Sequence record: PQ863256.1
Strand: one strand, 5' to 3'
Length of the DNA stretch: 64,000 nt
From: Escherichia phage Ptacy1479
Each line of letters starts with the position of its first letter. Within the stretch, counting starts at the first letter, position 1. Below are positions 30,561 through 40,254 of this stretch, in pieces. The position numbers were made by a program, and so were the translations under genes. The notes beneath the pieces were generated by a model. That model was given only the letters and a program-made list of their open reading frames with translations. It searched no databases and was not told where the DNA came from.

Positions 30561-31087
30561 TTATTCTCCTAGCAGCTTACGTATTCCATTGCGGAAATTA
30601 TCGTACTCTTCAGGGTATTCAAACCCACACTCAAGAAGAGCATAGTGAACAACCTTCAACAAATCCTGAACCTTATTCTTATCTTTGTGTCGATAAGCAT
30701 ATTTGATCATGTTGGTTTGTTGGAAGTTCAACTGTGGGTTTGCATGATAAAACTCAACAGGTTGAATGATTTTAGATTCCGGGTTATAGTGTGCCCCACC
30801 AACCATAGTATCTAAAGCTGGACTTCTTTTGCTGGTTTGTTCGGTTGTAGGCTTAAAACTAACCACAGGAACAGATGAGTAGATTGGGTATTCTTCGCCT
30901 ACTGGTGGTTTTACTATCAACCTTTTCATTGTATACCGAATCTCTGTATCAGAGGAACCGGATGAAATCTCTTCAATAGATTTACGATAACTGTCAATAA
31001 TTGCACGTAACATAGAGATTGTTTTAGTCTTCTCTTTTAATTTCTCTGTTAGTACAATAACTTCTGCTTTTTTGGATTCAAACTCGG

Positions 31088-31097
<10 letters not shown>
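30561..31097 (-). CDS. hypothetical protein with DUF3310-like C-terminal domain
   Basis: GGAHYNP...IKYAYRHKDK...HYA pattern recalled from phage DUF3310 proteins. Confidence 0.4.
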
Positions 31098-32381
<1,284 letters not shown>

Positions 32382-32626
32382 AATGCATCTCTTTATAAAC
32401 AGTTTCCGTGTTCTTCTTCCAGTTAGATAAACCGGTAAGAACTCTCTGAGCAACTTCATCAGCTGCCCTACTTCTTTCAATCTCTAACTCTTGTTGATGC
32501 TTTTCTTTATCCAGATTGTTACTGTCTGTTCTGTACTCATTAAACTTCATGCCACCAAAGAATACAAGAGCTGAAAAGATAACAAATCCTAGATTATCAC
32601 TTAAAGTGCTTTGCATATTGTCTCCA

Positions 32627-32652
32627 ACGAAAAAAGCCACCCGGAGGTGGCT
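32627..32652 (-). terminator. rho-independent terminator after SSB-like gene
   Basis: AGCCACC-TCCG-GGTGGCT followed by TTTTTTCGTT on - strand. Confidence 0.7.
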
Positions 32653-32673
32653 AAGCTATAACAAGGAGAGTTA

Positions 32674-33420
32674 TTAGAATGGGCTATCGTTGTCGTCTTC
32701 ATAAGTAGAAGCAGGCTCTTTATCAATCGTAGGGATTGAAGGGGTAGCTTCTTTCTGCTCTGTTTCAGAAGCACGAGTAATTTCACGACCAGCCAGAGGC
32801 ATGTTCTTAGCGTCATTAGCTTGAGTAAGCAGGTTGCGCTGGAACGGGAACATCAGTTGATAGGATGCTACGTTCTCATCGGTTTCAGCATACGGTTCGA
32901 AGAATACCAGAGGACTACGAGCTTCACCAACTGCTGCACGATATTTGGTTGGGATTGGAGAAATGGTCTTGATGGAGTTTTTAACTTCACCAGCTTTGTT
33001 AGTATAAGAGTTAACCAGAATGTTAACAGGCTGACCTAACAGAACATCCTTGAACCAAGACAGATCACCTTTCAGTGCTTGAATGCTTGGGTCAATCATC
33101 TTGCAAAGATCAAGAATACCAGAGTTCTTAGCTCGTGGGTTTACATCATAGCTCTTGAACTGGCAAGCCGGACGTGGTTCTAATGCCTTACCATCGGAAT
33201 CTTTACCAGTAGCATCAACACCAATCAGCTCGAAAGCCAAATCCATACGGAAAGCCGGATTCTTAGGGGTTACTGCTTTGGTCTTCGGGTCAATCCAAGG
33301 GTCACGATTGTGAACACCCAAACCTACTACACGAACGATACGTGCTTCGTATTCACCATCAGGGATTACATCGTAGTTGGATTTACGGGAAGCAGTTGCG
33401 ATAGTTGGAATCATAGACAT
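32674..33420 (-). CDS. single-stranded DNA-binding protein (putative)
   Basis: 248 aa; acidic C-terminal tail ending ...EDDNDSPF, typical of SSBs; own promoter and terminator. Confidence 0.5.
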   Translation of the reverse strand: MSMIPTIATASRKSNYDVIPDGEYEARIVRVVGLGVHNRDPWIDPKTKAVTPKNPAFRMDLAFELIGVDATGKDSDGKALEPRPACQFKSYDVNPRAKNSGILDLCKMIDPSIQALKGDLSWFKDVLLGQPVNILVNSYTNKAGEVKNSIKTISPIPTKYRAAVGEARSPLVFFEPYAETDENVASYQLMFPFQRNLLTQANDAKNMPLAGREITRASETEQKEATPSIPTIDKEPASTYEDDNDSPF

Positions 33421-33479
33421 ATTGTAATTTCCTTATTTAGTTTGAAAGATTGTTGCTCTCTTTGAGCGGTTATGTATAG

Positions 33480-33488
33480 TATACATTA
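33480..33488 (-). promoter_or_regulatory. TAATGTATA promoter-like element about 60 nt upstream of SSB-like gene
   Basis: exact 9-mer on - strand. Confidence 0.45.
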
Positions 33489-33551
33489 CGCTTATACCGA
33501 TAAGAGTACTATATAATATAAGTATCTTTGGTAGTAGATATAACACACTAG

Positions 33552-33560
33552 TAATGTATA
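33552..33560 (+). promoter_or_regulatory. TAATGTATA element on + strand, divergent from the 33480 element, facing a non-coding AT-rich region
   Basis: exact 9-mer; no + strand ORF downstream. Confidence 0.4.
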
Positions 33561-33836
33561 TATTGTATAGCTGATAAAGTTATTGCAGGCTTGTATATTG
33601 GGCAATTCACAGAATCCCTTGCAAGTACCGAAGGGCAGGAGCCACCTGCGAGATAAAAATAGAGAATTAAGGAATCCTTGATTTAGGTTGTAGGGACTCC
33701 TAGGGACTTTGATTCTCTAATTAAAAGAATAATAATTACTTATTACCCAAATAATTAACTAACTTACTTAAACCAAATTCAAGAATAATAGATAAAAAGA
33801 TTATTCCTAATAAAGCCAAGAAGTAAACAATATAAG
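33561..33836. other. AT-rich non-coding region with tandem TAGGGACT repeat and hairpins; candidate origin or regulatory region
   Basis: no ORF of 60 aa or more on either strand; flanked by divergent promoter-like motifs. Confidence 0.3.
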
Positions 33837-34001
33837 TTACCATTCAAGTAAACCTTTAAAATTAGATTTTTCTACTATCCTCTGATAACGAAGATTAGAA
33901 TCAGCTTGTTTCTTTAACATCTCATTATATTGATCTCTGATAGAGTCTTTATGAATTACAGGTTCTTTAAATAATGAGATCTTGTTCTTTTCTTCTTTCA
34001 T
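33837..34001 (-). CDS. small hypothetical protein (start revised to Met29)
   Basis: AGGAAGG 8 nt upstream of ATG 34001. Confidence 0.45.
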   Translation of the reverse strand: MKEEKNKISLFKEPVIHKDSIRDQYNEMLKKQADSNLRYQRIVEKSNFKGLLEW

Positions 34002-34470
34002 CGAAAACCTTCCTAATCTCTTGCAGAGAAACAGCTTTATAATTAATTTGCTCCATTGATGTACAGAAATATCTCCAATCATCAATTACATGATTATGTG
34101 TATGAGCATAAATATTAAACTTCCCTCTCATCTCATCAGAGTGAATAGGAATGTGAGTTATCCAAAACTCTTTATATTTATAATCACCAGAGATTCTACG
34201 GAAGACTTTCATCATATCAGGGAGAAGTTCTAATCTGTCATGATTTCCTAAGACCAGATGTTTCTCTCCTTTTACTTCAGCGATGATATCAAGGGCATAC
34301 TTTTCAAACACCCAATCACCAGTAAAGAAAATTTTATCACGCTTAGTTACATGATCAAATGCAGCTAGAATTGCTTTGTCATGTTCTTCGATGGTTTTAA
34401 ATTGCTTACGAAAACTACAGATGTTGCGATGGCCTAAGTGACCGTCTCCTGCAAAATAAACTTCAGCCAT
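33967..34470 (-). CDS. calcineurin-like metallophosphoesterase
   Basis: GDGHLGH, GDWV, GNHD, HTHNH motifs in order. Confidence 0.8.
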   Translation of the reverse strand: MAEVYFAGDGHLGHRNICSFRKQFKTIEEHDKAILAAFDHVTKRDKIFFTGDWVFEKYALDIIAEVKGEKHLVLGNHDRLELLPDMMKVFRRISGDYKYKEFWITHIPIHSDEMRGKFNIYAHTHNHVIDDWRYFCTSMEQINYKAVSLQEIRKVFDERRKEQDLII

Positions 34471-34479
34471 AAAGACCTC

Positions 34480-34695
34480 TTAGATAGTACACCCATCGCA
34501 AGTTAAATCACCTAGAAGGGATAGAGAAAGTAATCTGGATTGCTCATCACTGTATAATTGATCAATCTCTTCTTTAAGTTTTGCCAACTCTGTGAAATTG
34601 ATAAGTTGACCATGTTCAAGACAGTCTGTTTTTAGTATAAATAAAACTTCAGCGTCTGTTGAATCTTCACTTGAATATTTATCAATGTATTCCAT
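34480..34695 (-). CDS. hypothetical acidic protein
   Basis: TAGGAG upstream of ATG; 71 aa. Confidence 0.5.
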   Translation of the reverse strand: MEYIDKYSSEDSTDAEVLFILKTDCLEHGQLINFTELAKLKEEIDQLYSDEQSRLLSLSLLGDLTCDGCTI

Positions 34696-34710
34696 TTTTA
34701 CTCCTATTAA

Positions 34711-34854
34711 TTATGACCAAGATTTAGCTTTTACTTCGACGTATGTTTTAACTTCACCTTTCAAGACTTCCTGAGAAGTCTTTGCACTTTCCTCAGAGTG
34801 ATGTACAACGGTGATCTCTTTCTTTCCAATCTTATAAGTGTGAATCCAAATCAT
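34711..34854 (-). CDS. small hypothetical protein (47 aa, not in track)
   Basis: ATGA start/stop overlap with upstream gene; fills gap. Confidence 0.35.
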   Translation of the reverse strand: MIWIHTYKIGKKEITVVHHSEESAKTSQEVLKGEVKTYVEVKAKSWS

Positions 34855-35018
34855 ACTTCTTCCTTATATTCCCAATTTCTTTCATAATACCCAGAGTTGT
34901 AGTTTAGGGCGCACTTCTCGGCCTCTTCTATGTCGTCAGTGTTTAGGATATTTACCCATCCTCCAACTTCATCAAAACCTTCTTCTACTTCGTTAAACCA
35001 TACGCTATACTTTTTCAT
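34851..35018 (-). CDS. small acidic hypothetical protein (start revised to Met12)
   Basis: ATG overlaps stop of upstream small ORF (ATGA). Confidence 0.4.
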   Translation of the reverse strand: MKKYSVWFNEVEEGFDEVGGWVNILNTDDIEEAEKCALNYNSGYYERNWEYKEEV

Positions 35019-35191
35019 CGAGAAGTTCTTCCCCAATCTTTTACATAGCATCGCCCGTTAACCCACTTTGTCTCTGACTTAAACTCTTGAGACAATCTCA
35101 CTTCACAGTCTTCTCTACTGGCATCTCCTCCGATATCAATCAGATATAGGAATAGGGCTATACCTAAAGACCAAAGAATTATCTTCTTCAT
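35015..35191 (-). CDS. small membrane/secreted protein (58 aa, not in track)
   Basis: MKKIILWSLGIALFLYLI hydrophobic N-terminus; ATGA overlaps at both ends. Confidence 0.4.
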   Translation of the reverse strand: MKKIILWSLGIALFLYLIDIGGDASREDCEVRLSQEFKSETKWVNGRCYVKDWGRTSR

Positions 35192-35580
35192 CGAATCACC
35201 AAAGGCTCTTCAGAGTACACAGGAGCGGCTATTTCTACAGGAGGTGCTGCCCTAAGGTCATTAAGTCTTACGCCCTTCAGCATACCGTCTAGGTGGTCCT
35301 TTTTGGGGATTCCAACAGGGAAGTCGTCAATCCAGATATCTACAAAGAAACCTAGCTGCCGACATACCTCATCCTTCTGGACACCATTGCAAAAGATGAT
35401 AGGAATTTGCAAACACTCTGCATCAATCTTAATATCGTGATTATCATACCCATTAGGTTCTGCAAAGCGATAAGTTACAAAACGTACATCATAGCCTTTT
35501 TCTTGCATTAAAGCCACCACAGAGCGCCACAGCTTTTTATCTGAGGTGTAAGTGTCATCGTAATCTAAACCAATATTCAT
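35188..35580 (-). CDS. HAD-superfamily phosphatase / 5'(3')-deoxyribonucleotidase-like
   Basis: N-terminal IGLDYDDT (DxDxT) and WIDD motifs. Confidence 0.55.
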   Translation of the reverse strand: MNIGLDYDDTYTSDKKLWRSVVALMQEKGYDVRFVTYRFAEPNGYDNHDIKIDAECLQIPIIFCNGVQKDEVCRQLGFFVDIWIDDFPVGIPKKDHLDGMLKGVRLNDLRAAPPVEIAAPVYSEEPLVIR

Positions 35581-35714
35581 TCCCCTAACTCCTCATGTTC
35601 GTGACCACAAATAGGGCATTTGTATAAATGGACAGGTGTTTCGAAGATCTCTGACCATTGAGTATCTATCCTTTTAGATACCGAGCCACATTTATCACAT
35701 TCAGATTCTAACAT
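35577..35714 (-). CDS. small zinc-ribbon protein (45 aa, not in track)
   Basis: CDKCG...CPICG; AGGAT Shine-Dalgarno; ATGA overlap with downstream gene. Confidence 0.4.
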   Translation of the reverse strand: MLESECDKCGSVSKRIDTQWSEIFETPVHLYKCPICGHEHEELGE

Positions 35715-35726
35715 TTCTAAATCCTT

Positions 35727-35756
35727 TAGACAAGAAAAGCCGCCCGAAGGCAGCTT
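35727..35756 (-). terminator. terminator-like hairpin
   Basis: AAGCTGCC-TTCG-GGCGGCTT then TTTCTTGTCT on - strand. Confidence 0.5.
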
Positions 35757-35761
35757 CTTAT

Positions 35762-35938
35762 TTAACTGTTCACTTTAGCTTCAAGTGTTTCATTTTCAAT
35801 ACTCAAGTCAATCACTACACCAGTAAGCTCAACGACTGCTTGGCGAAGTGCATCTTTACCCATAGAGTGTACTTGAGATAAGAAGAAAGCTTTACCTTCT
35901 TCCGTGGATAGGGTTTCTTTCAGTTCAGTTGCAGTCAT
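35762..35938 (-). CDS. small hypothetical protein (58 aa, not in track)
   Basis: GAGAGGAAAAGA upstream of ATG; coordinates approximate. Confidence 0.3.
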   Translation of the reverse strand: MTATELKETLSTEEGKAFFLSQVHSMGKDALRQAVVELTGVVIDLSIENETLEAKVNS

Positions 35939-36117
35939 TCTTTTCCTCTCTCTCTTTCCATAATTCAGCCAGTTCTAAATAATATTGTGCTTCATCAGCA
36001 CGTCCTTGTTCACTACAGATGGCGCTTTGACGATAACACCAATCCGATGGCATCTCTTCCACTTCAATCTCCTTGTTACGAACTAATCAATAAGAATAGT
36101 TCATTCGTCTTGTTTGT

Positions 36118-36309
36118 TCACTCTGCCAATGCAGGTATCTCTAATCTCTTAATTGTGAATGCTTTGTCTGGAAACTTTCGAACTAGCTCCGCTGCTTTGC
36201 TAATCGCTAAGTTCTCTGTTTCAAAGATACAGAATTGACCATTCAGAGCGGTAATAGTGGAGCCACCACTGAAGATGGCCCAAGATTTATAATAACCACG
36301 AACACTCAT
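36118..36309 (-). CDS. hypothetical protein (start revised to Met16)
   Basis: AAGGTGG 4 nt upstream of ATG 36309, just after polymerase stop. Confidence 0.45.
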   Translation of the reverse strand: MSVRGYYKSWAIFSGGSTITALNGQFCIFETENLAISKAAELVRKFPDKAFTIKRLEIPALAE

Positions 36310-36317
36310 AACCCACC

Positions 36318-38162
36318 TTAGTGCGTATGCATCCAGTTGAGTCCAATCTGACAATCAGAGGCCAGAGGACATTCCATGTTCAAGTACTCACCCGCTTTCT
36401 TAACACAAAGCTCAGTGTGTTCTTTGAGTTTCTGTACATCATTACGATTCACTGAGAATTGGCCCTCATCATGCATATCAATTACCTTAGCACAACGAAC
36501 CCCATCCCTCTCAATCCACTTGTTTAGGAACATCATAGCATATTTCATAACAACAGCACCAGCACATTGCAGTAGAGTGTTAAGTGCTTTATGAACCATA
36601 ACCTTACCAGTGGCATCTCGTCTCATTGTAATCTTACGACCATCAACACCAATCAAGTATCCTTGAGCAGCTTTCTCTGTCATACGATCAATGAGGATTG
36701 CAATACATGGGTTCTCTGCCAAGAAACGTGCTCGCATCACTGAACCTTCTTCAGCCCCACCACCTACAATTGAACCAAGCTTAGCGTCGCCAGCACCGTA
36801 GTTGAATGCATAGATAAATGTTTTAGCGTTGTCACGAGTAGGAAGACCAGCAAGTTTCTGGTTATGGGAGTGGATATCACCTTCAAGGAGAATATCACGA
36901 TACATAATAGCAGAAGCTAAACCACGTTCTGCCAGAGCTTTCTTAGCCGGATTGTTCTCTTCAATTGCCTCAGCAAGCATATCTCTACACTCTTTAATGA
37001 GGTAGTGAGCGAGCATACGAAGTTCAAGTCCAGAACCATCATACCCTAAGAATACTTCTTTACCAGCGGGTATGTAATATTTGTAAGCACCTACAGGTTT
37101 GTCTTTCTTCCTCGGCTTACCTTTCTCATAAATTACGTTAGTACCTTTTCGTATATAACAACCATCAGGAACAACGTTAGTAATAACGAAAGGACGAGAA
37201 TGATCACTGTCTGAGTTATAGTCAGACTCAAACAAACTGCGACACTCGTGACCAAACAAACCACGGGAGGGAATATTAACCACGATACGATGTTTGAATC
37301 GAAAAGTTGGCGTAGCGCAGCTGTTAGCTTCTGCCGAAAGTTTACCATCTTCGCGTTCCTTTGCTATGAGTCCACTGATAAGACCTAGCCTGTGAGCCGC
37401 TACAACGCGTCTCTTAAGCAAACTTCCGACACTCCCTAGATCACCCCCTAGCCCCTCTTCAAGAGTCTCCTCGAGGTTTGTAGGAGCTGTAGGCCACTTA
37501 TTTGATGTGGCTAGTGCTTTCTTAATCTCATCAAACGTTACAGGATTACGGCGATTAGGGTTCAATCCCAAACCAAATACGTAAGCCTTCATATAGTTCT
37601 TAGTTTTAAACCTGAAATGCTTTTCTAAGAACTTCTTAATATCAGCGTCAACCATCTCGGCTGTCTGCTTTTGCTTAGCATTGCCTCTCATCCAAGCAGT
37701 ATACCATGCTTGGTATGTTCCATACTTTCGCATATCTTTCTTAATTTCGAAAGTATTCCAAGGTTTCTTAGATACGTTAAACTCTGGAGGAAGAAAGCCC
37801 TCATCCATAAGAGCCTCTTTAACTCGTGCATCTTTCGATGGGTCAAAGTCTACGTATTCGACACAGGTGAATGCTCCACCAATATCTTCTCTCTTCAGCC
37901 CAACCCTATCACAATAGGCTTGAGGCCACTTCTGTAAAGCTCCAGACTTCTTAAACGGCTTCATGTAAGTAGAGCCATCTAATCTCATCTTAGGTAAGAG
38001 AGGAATCAACTCTCTGTCAATATTAACAATAATCTCTTTAAGGAGGTGAACATACCACCGAGCATTTCTTCGGTTGAAACTCACTCCGTGCTTTGCTTGC
38101 TTAGAGATTATATCAGCGACAGTCATCTCTGTCAAAAATGGAAGAGCGTCCGGGTTGCTCAC
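36318..38162 (-). CDS. DNA polymerase, family A, polymerase domain only
   Basis: motif A DGSGLELRMLAHY, motif B RDNAKTFIYAFNYG, motif C VIDMHDEGQF; no exonuclease motifs in this ORF. Confidence 0.8.
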   Translation of the reverse strand: MSNPDALPFLTEMTVADIISKQAKHGVSFNRRNARWYVHLLKEIIVNIDRELIPLLPKMRLDGSTYMKPFKKSGALQKWPQAYCDRVGLKREDIGGAFTCVEYVDFDPSKDARVKEALMDEGFLPPEFNVSKKPWNTFEIKKDMRKYGTYQAWYTAWMRGNAKQKQTAEMVDADIKKFLEKHFRFKTKNYMKAYVFGLGLNPNRRNPVTFDEIKKALATSNKWPTAPTNLEETLEEGLGGDLGSVGSLLKRRVVAAHRLGLISGLIAKEREDGKLSAEANSCATPTFRFKHRIVVNIPSRGLFGHECRSLFESDYNSDSDHSRPFVITNVVPDGCYIRKGTNVIYEKGKPRKKDKPVGAYKYYIPAGKEVFLGYDGSGLELRMLAHYLIKECRDMLAEAIEENNPAKKALAERGLASAIMYRDILLEGDIHSHNQKLAGLPTRDNAKTFIYAFNYGAGDAKLGSIVGGGAEEGSVMRARFLAENPCIAILIDRMTEKAAQGYLIGVDGRKITMRRDATGKVMVHKALNTLLQCAGAVVMKYAMMFLNKWIERDGVRCAKVIDMHDEGQFSVNRNDVQKLKEHTELCVKKAGEYLNMECPLASDCQIGLNWMHTH

Positions 38163-38178
38163 TTTATACTCCTTTAAA

Positions 38179-38601
38179 TTATTGGTAAAGTAAATCTGTA
38201 AATGCTTGGTTATCTTCTACTACATTCAGCATGGTTGCTTCATCACTATAAGCCCTAACTGTCCCGTTGACAACTGTCCAAGGAGGGGGCGGAGGAGGTG
38301 TATGTGCAGCTCTGGCTTCACGAGGTTGTTCTCGTACTAGATGATCCACAACCCTCTGACCAGCAAGTTCCTCTCTTTCTCTAATAGATCTTTGGATGTA
38401 AGCCAGCTTCATACCCCAAGCTTCTTCAAACTCTTGAGGGTGCTTATCACTGATAACCACATACTGTCGCTCTGGGCGTCCTGCCCTAATATCTGACAAT
38501 AATTCATGGAACAAGTCAAGCTCATGTTCAGTGAGACTTTCTTCGATATCATCCCACTTGAGAACTAGGAAACGGTTTTGATATCTAGTTGGTAATGGCA
38601 T
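38179..38601 (-). CDS. hypothetical protein with poly-Pro tract
   Basis: 140 aa; PPPPPP segment. Confidence 0.45.
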   Translation of the reverse strand: MPLPTRYQNRFLVLKWDDIEESLTEHELDLFHELLSDIRAGRPERQYVVISDKHPQEFEEAWGMKLAYIQRSIREREELAGQRVVDHLVREQPREARAAHTPPPPPPWTVVNGTVRAYSDEATMLNVVEDNQAFTDLLYQ

Positions 38602-38604
38602 AAC

Positions 38605-38889
38605 TCAACCTTTTGGGAATGGCATTAAAGATTCCATAGCAGCTTTAATTTCGCTATTGATCCGTGAATCTCGATAAGAGATAAACTTACCTTTGCTGTC
38701 ACGTAGCATCACATGGGTTCTGGCTGTTTTGTGAGGGAGTAATGTGATACTGGTCGGGATAGCATCAACCCCCACAGAGTATTTGTCAATAGTCTTGCTT
38801 TCAGCCAACAGATAAGACCAAGTACGCGGTTTCTGCTCCGGGCGGTTGGGGTATGTATCTCGAATCTGTACCATAGCTAACATATTCAT
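38605..38889 (-). CDS. hypothetical small protein, tandem paralog A
   Basis: shares KTARTxVxLR...GKFISY...E.L.PFP.G with next gene. Confidence 0.5.
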   Translation of the reverse strand: MNMLAMVQIRDTYPNRPEQKPRTWSYLLAESKTIDKYSVGVDAIPTSITLLPHKTARTHVMLRDSKGKFISYRDSRINSEIKAAMESLMPFPKG

Positions 38890-38890
38890 A

Positions 38891-39145
38891 TTAAACTCCT
38901 TCAGGGAATGGGATGAGATTTTCTACTGCAACACGGAAAGATTTTTCTACGTTCTTATTCTTATAAGAGATGAATTTTCCATCAGCTCCGCGAAGGAGTA
39001 CATTAGTGCGAGCTGTTTTTGGGTTTTGTTGAATCATAGAACGAATGATGTGCTCTGAACCTCTGTGGTTATTGGTGAATTTCCAACTGGTGGTTTTACC
39101 GGTACGGGTTACATCAACGATATTTACGATTTTTACAATAGACAT
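38891..39145 (-). CDS. hypothetical small protein, tandem paralog B
   Basis: paralog of 38605..38889. Confidence 0.5.
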   Translation of the reverse strand: MSIVKIVNIVDVTRTGKTTSWKFTNNHRGSEHIIRSMIQQNPKTARTNVLLRGADGKFISYKNKNVEKSFRVAVENLIPFPEGV

Positions 39146-39214
39146 ATTTATTACCTAAGAAGTTTATTTTGGTTTATATAAAAGAAAAGGCCACCTGATT
39201 AGGCAGCCTTTGTT

Positions 39215-39508
39215 CTAGAGACGAAGCCAAGTTTGATAGTCAGCTTCAGTGTAATGGTTGTTCCGAGAGTTGTTTTTCATTTCCTTGAGAGTAGCTCTCA
39301 GGTCGATGTTATGCTCTCTCCTTGTTCTATTCGGGTCTGTATCTTCTAATAGATGGGAGTGATCACTACAAGAGTAGTGCTTATAGTGGTCCCTGTACCC
39401 CCTATTTGTAGAATACTTGGTCATTAAAGTTGCAACTCTTTTTACACCCTCTGCTTTACAGAATTTACAGTAAGTGTGAATTGTACATCTTTTTGTTTCT
39501 GCTGACAC
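39215..39508 (-). CDS. Cys/His-rich small protein (putative zinc-binding)
   Basis: 97 aa; CTIHTYCKFCK...HYKHYSCSDHSH. Confidence 0.45.
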   Translation of the reverse strand: MSAETKRCTIHTYCKFCKAEGVKRVATLMTKYSTNRGYRDHYKHYSCSDHSHLLEDTDPNRTRREHNIDLRATLKEMKNNSRNNHYTEADYQTWLRL

Positions 39509-39518
39509 TATAACCTCT

Positions 39519-39833
39519 TTATGAGCTTAAAGCTCCTTTGCGTGCTCCAGCTGCTTTTCCAGCTCGATCACCACTTTTGCCGCCGTTTGAACGGTTTGAG
39601 CTGACTGATTCAACACGTAAGTTGCTTGACGCATTAGAACCTCCAGACTTGACAGCTCGTTTGTGTCCAACATCTTTACCTCTGACAGCAGCTTTTCCAT
39701 CGCGCTTTTCAACGATGCGACGTGCACGGTGGCGCTGAGCATCTCCGCTCTTGCTCCCAACGCCTGTCTCACCACGGGCAATTGCGGTACGTCTTTCTTG
39801 TGCATAATCTCTCTTTCCTACATGATCTGCCAT
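39519..39833 (-). CDS. small highly basic Gly/Arg/Lys/Ser-rich protein (DNA-binding candidate)
   Basis: AAGGAG 7 nt upstream of ATG; promoter-like motif upstream; codon third positions fit genome better than the overlapping frame. Confidence 0.5.
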   Translation of the reverse strand: MADHVGKRDYAQERRTAIARGETGVGSKSGDAQRHRARRIVEKRDGKAAVRGKDVGHKRAVKSGGSNASSNLRVESVSSNRSNGGKSGDRAGKAAGARKGALSS

Positions 39834-39869
39834 TTAAAACTCCTTAATATATCAGTGTACACTAAGGAG

Positions 39870-39878
39870 TATACATTA
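39870..39878 (-). promoter_or_regulatory. TAATGTATA promoter-like element, 36 nt upstream of ATG 39833
   Basis: exact 9-mer on - strand. Confidence 0.5.
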
Positions 39879-39887
39879 TGAATGATG

Positions 39888-40076
39888 TTAAAACTCTGCT
39901 AAGTACTTAATATCAGAGGCATATACCTCATCAAAAGAAATAGGCTCTCCGTTGTAGAGGAGTTCTATTTTCAGTATACCAGAGCATTTGGTGTCTTTAG
40001 AGTCAACTCTGATAGAGAGTTTATCAACTATATGAGCTTTAATCTCTTCTATCATTAACTCTTGAGTATTACTCAC
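39888..40076 (-). CDS. hypothetical small protein (start uncertain: GTG 40076 or ATG 40055)
   Basis: GGGAGG 5 nt upstream of GTG; track start 40136 overlaps upstream gene by 68 nt. Confidence 0.3.
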   Translation of the reverse strand: MSNTQELMIEEIKAHIVDKLSIRVDSKDTKCSGILKIELLYNGEPISFDEVYASDIKYLAEF

Positions 40077-40254
40077 TCCACCCTCCCGGTGGTACAAAAT
40101 CATCAGGAACGTCAATGATAGTAGGTTCTCCATCATTCATGCAGGTGTCTTCATTGAACTCTTCACACTCAAAACATGCTCGTTCGATATTTTTGTAGAA
40201 GTCGATGGTTGCTGAACCATCACCACAATCTCGGATAACTAAAGCGACTTTCAT
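40069..40254 (-). CDS. hypothetical small acidic protein
   Basis: 61 aa track ORF coupled to PhoH stop. Confidence 0.4.
   Translation of the reverse strand: MKVALVIRDCGDGSATIDFYKNIERACFECEEFNEDTCMNDGEPTIIDVPDDFVPPGGWSE

Noticed and set aside
32617-32640. GTG start of the Rz-like ORF as given in the track
   Set aside because: Falls inside the terminator hairpin; the in-frame ATG at 32616 has a Shine-Dalgarno and leaves the N-terminal TM helix intact.
32601-32816. 71-aa - strand ORF
   Set aside because: Overlaps the 3' end of the SSB-like gene and the terminator in another frame; Leu-rich low-complexity translation.
35987-36238. + strand ORFs inside the - strand block (also 37671..37937, 41984..42328, 42216..42641, 48082..48399, 53470..53715 and similar)
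   Set aside because: All lie antisense to tightly packed - strand genes with recognisable products; no supporting signals.
39527-39805. 92-aa ORF overlapping the basic-protein gene in another frame
   Set aside because: G-rich third codon positions atypical for this genome, weaker RBS; the overlapping frame has promoter and RBS support. Not fully excluded.
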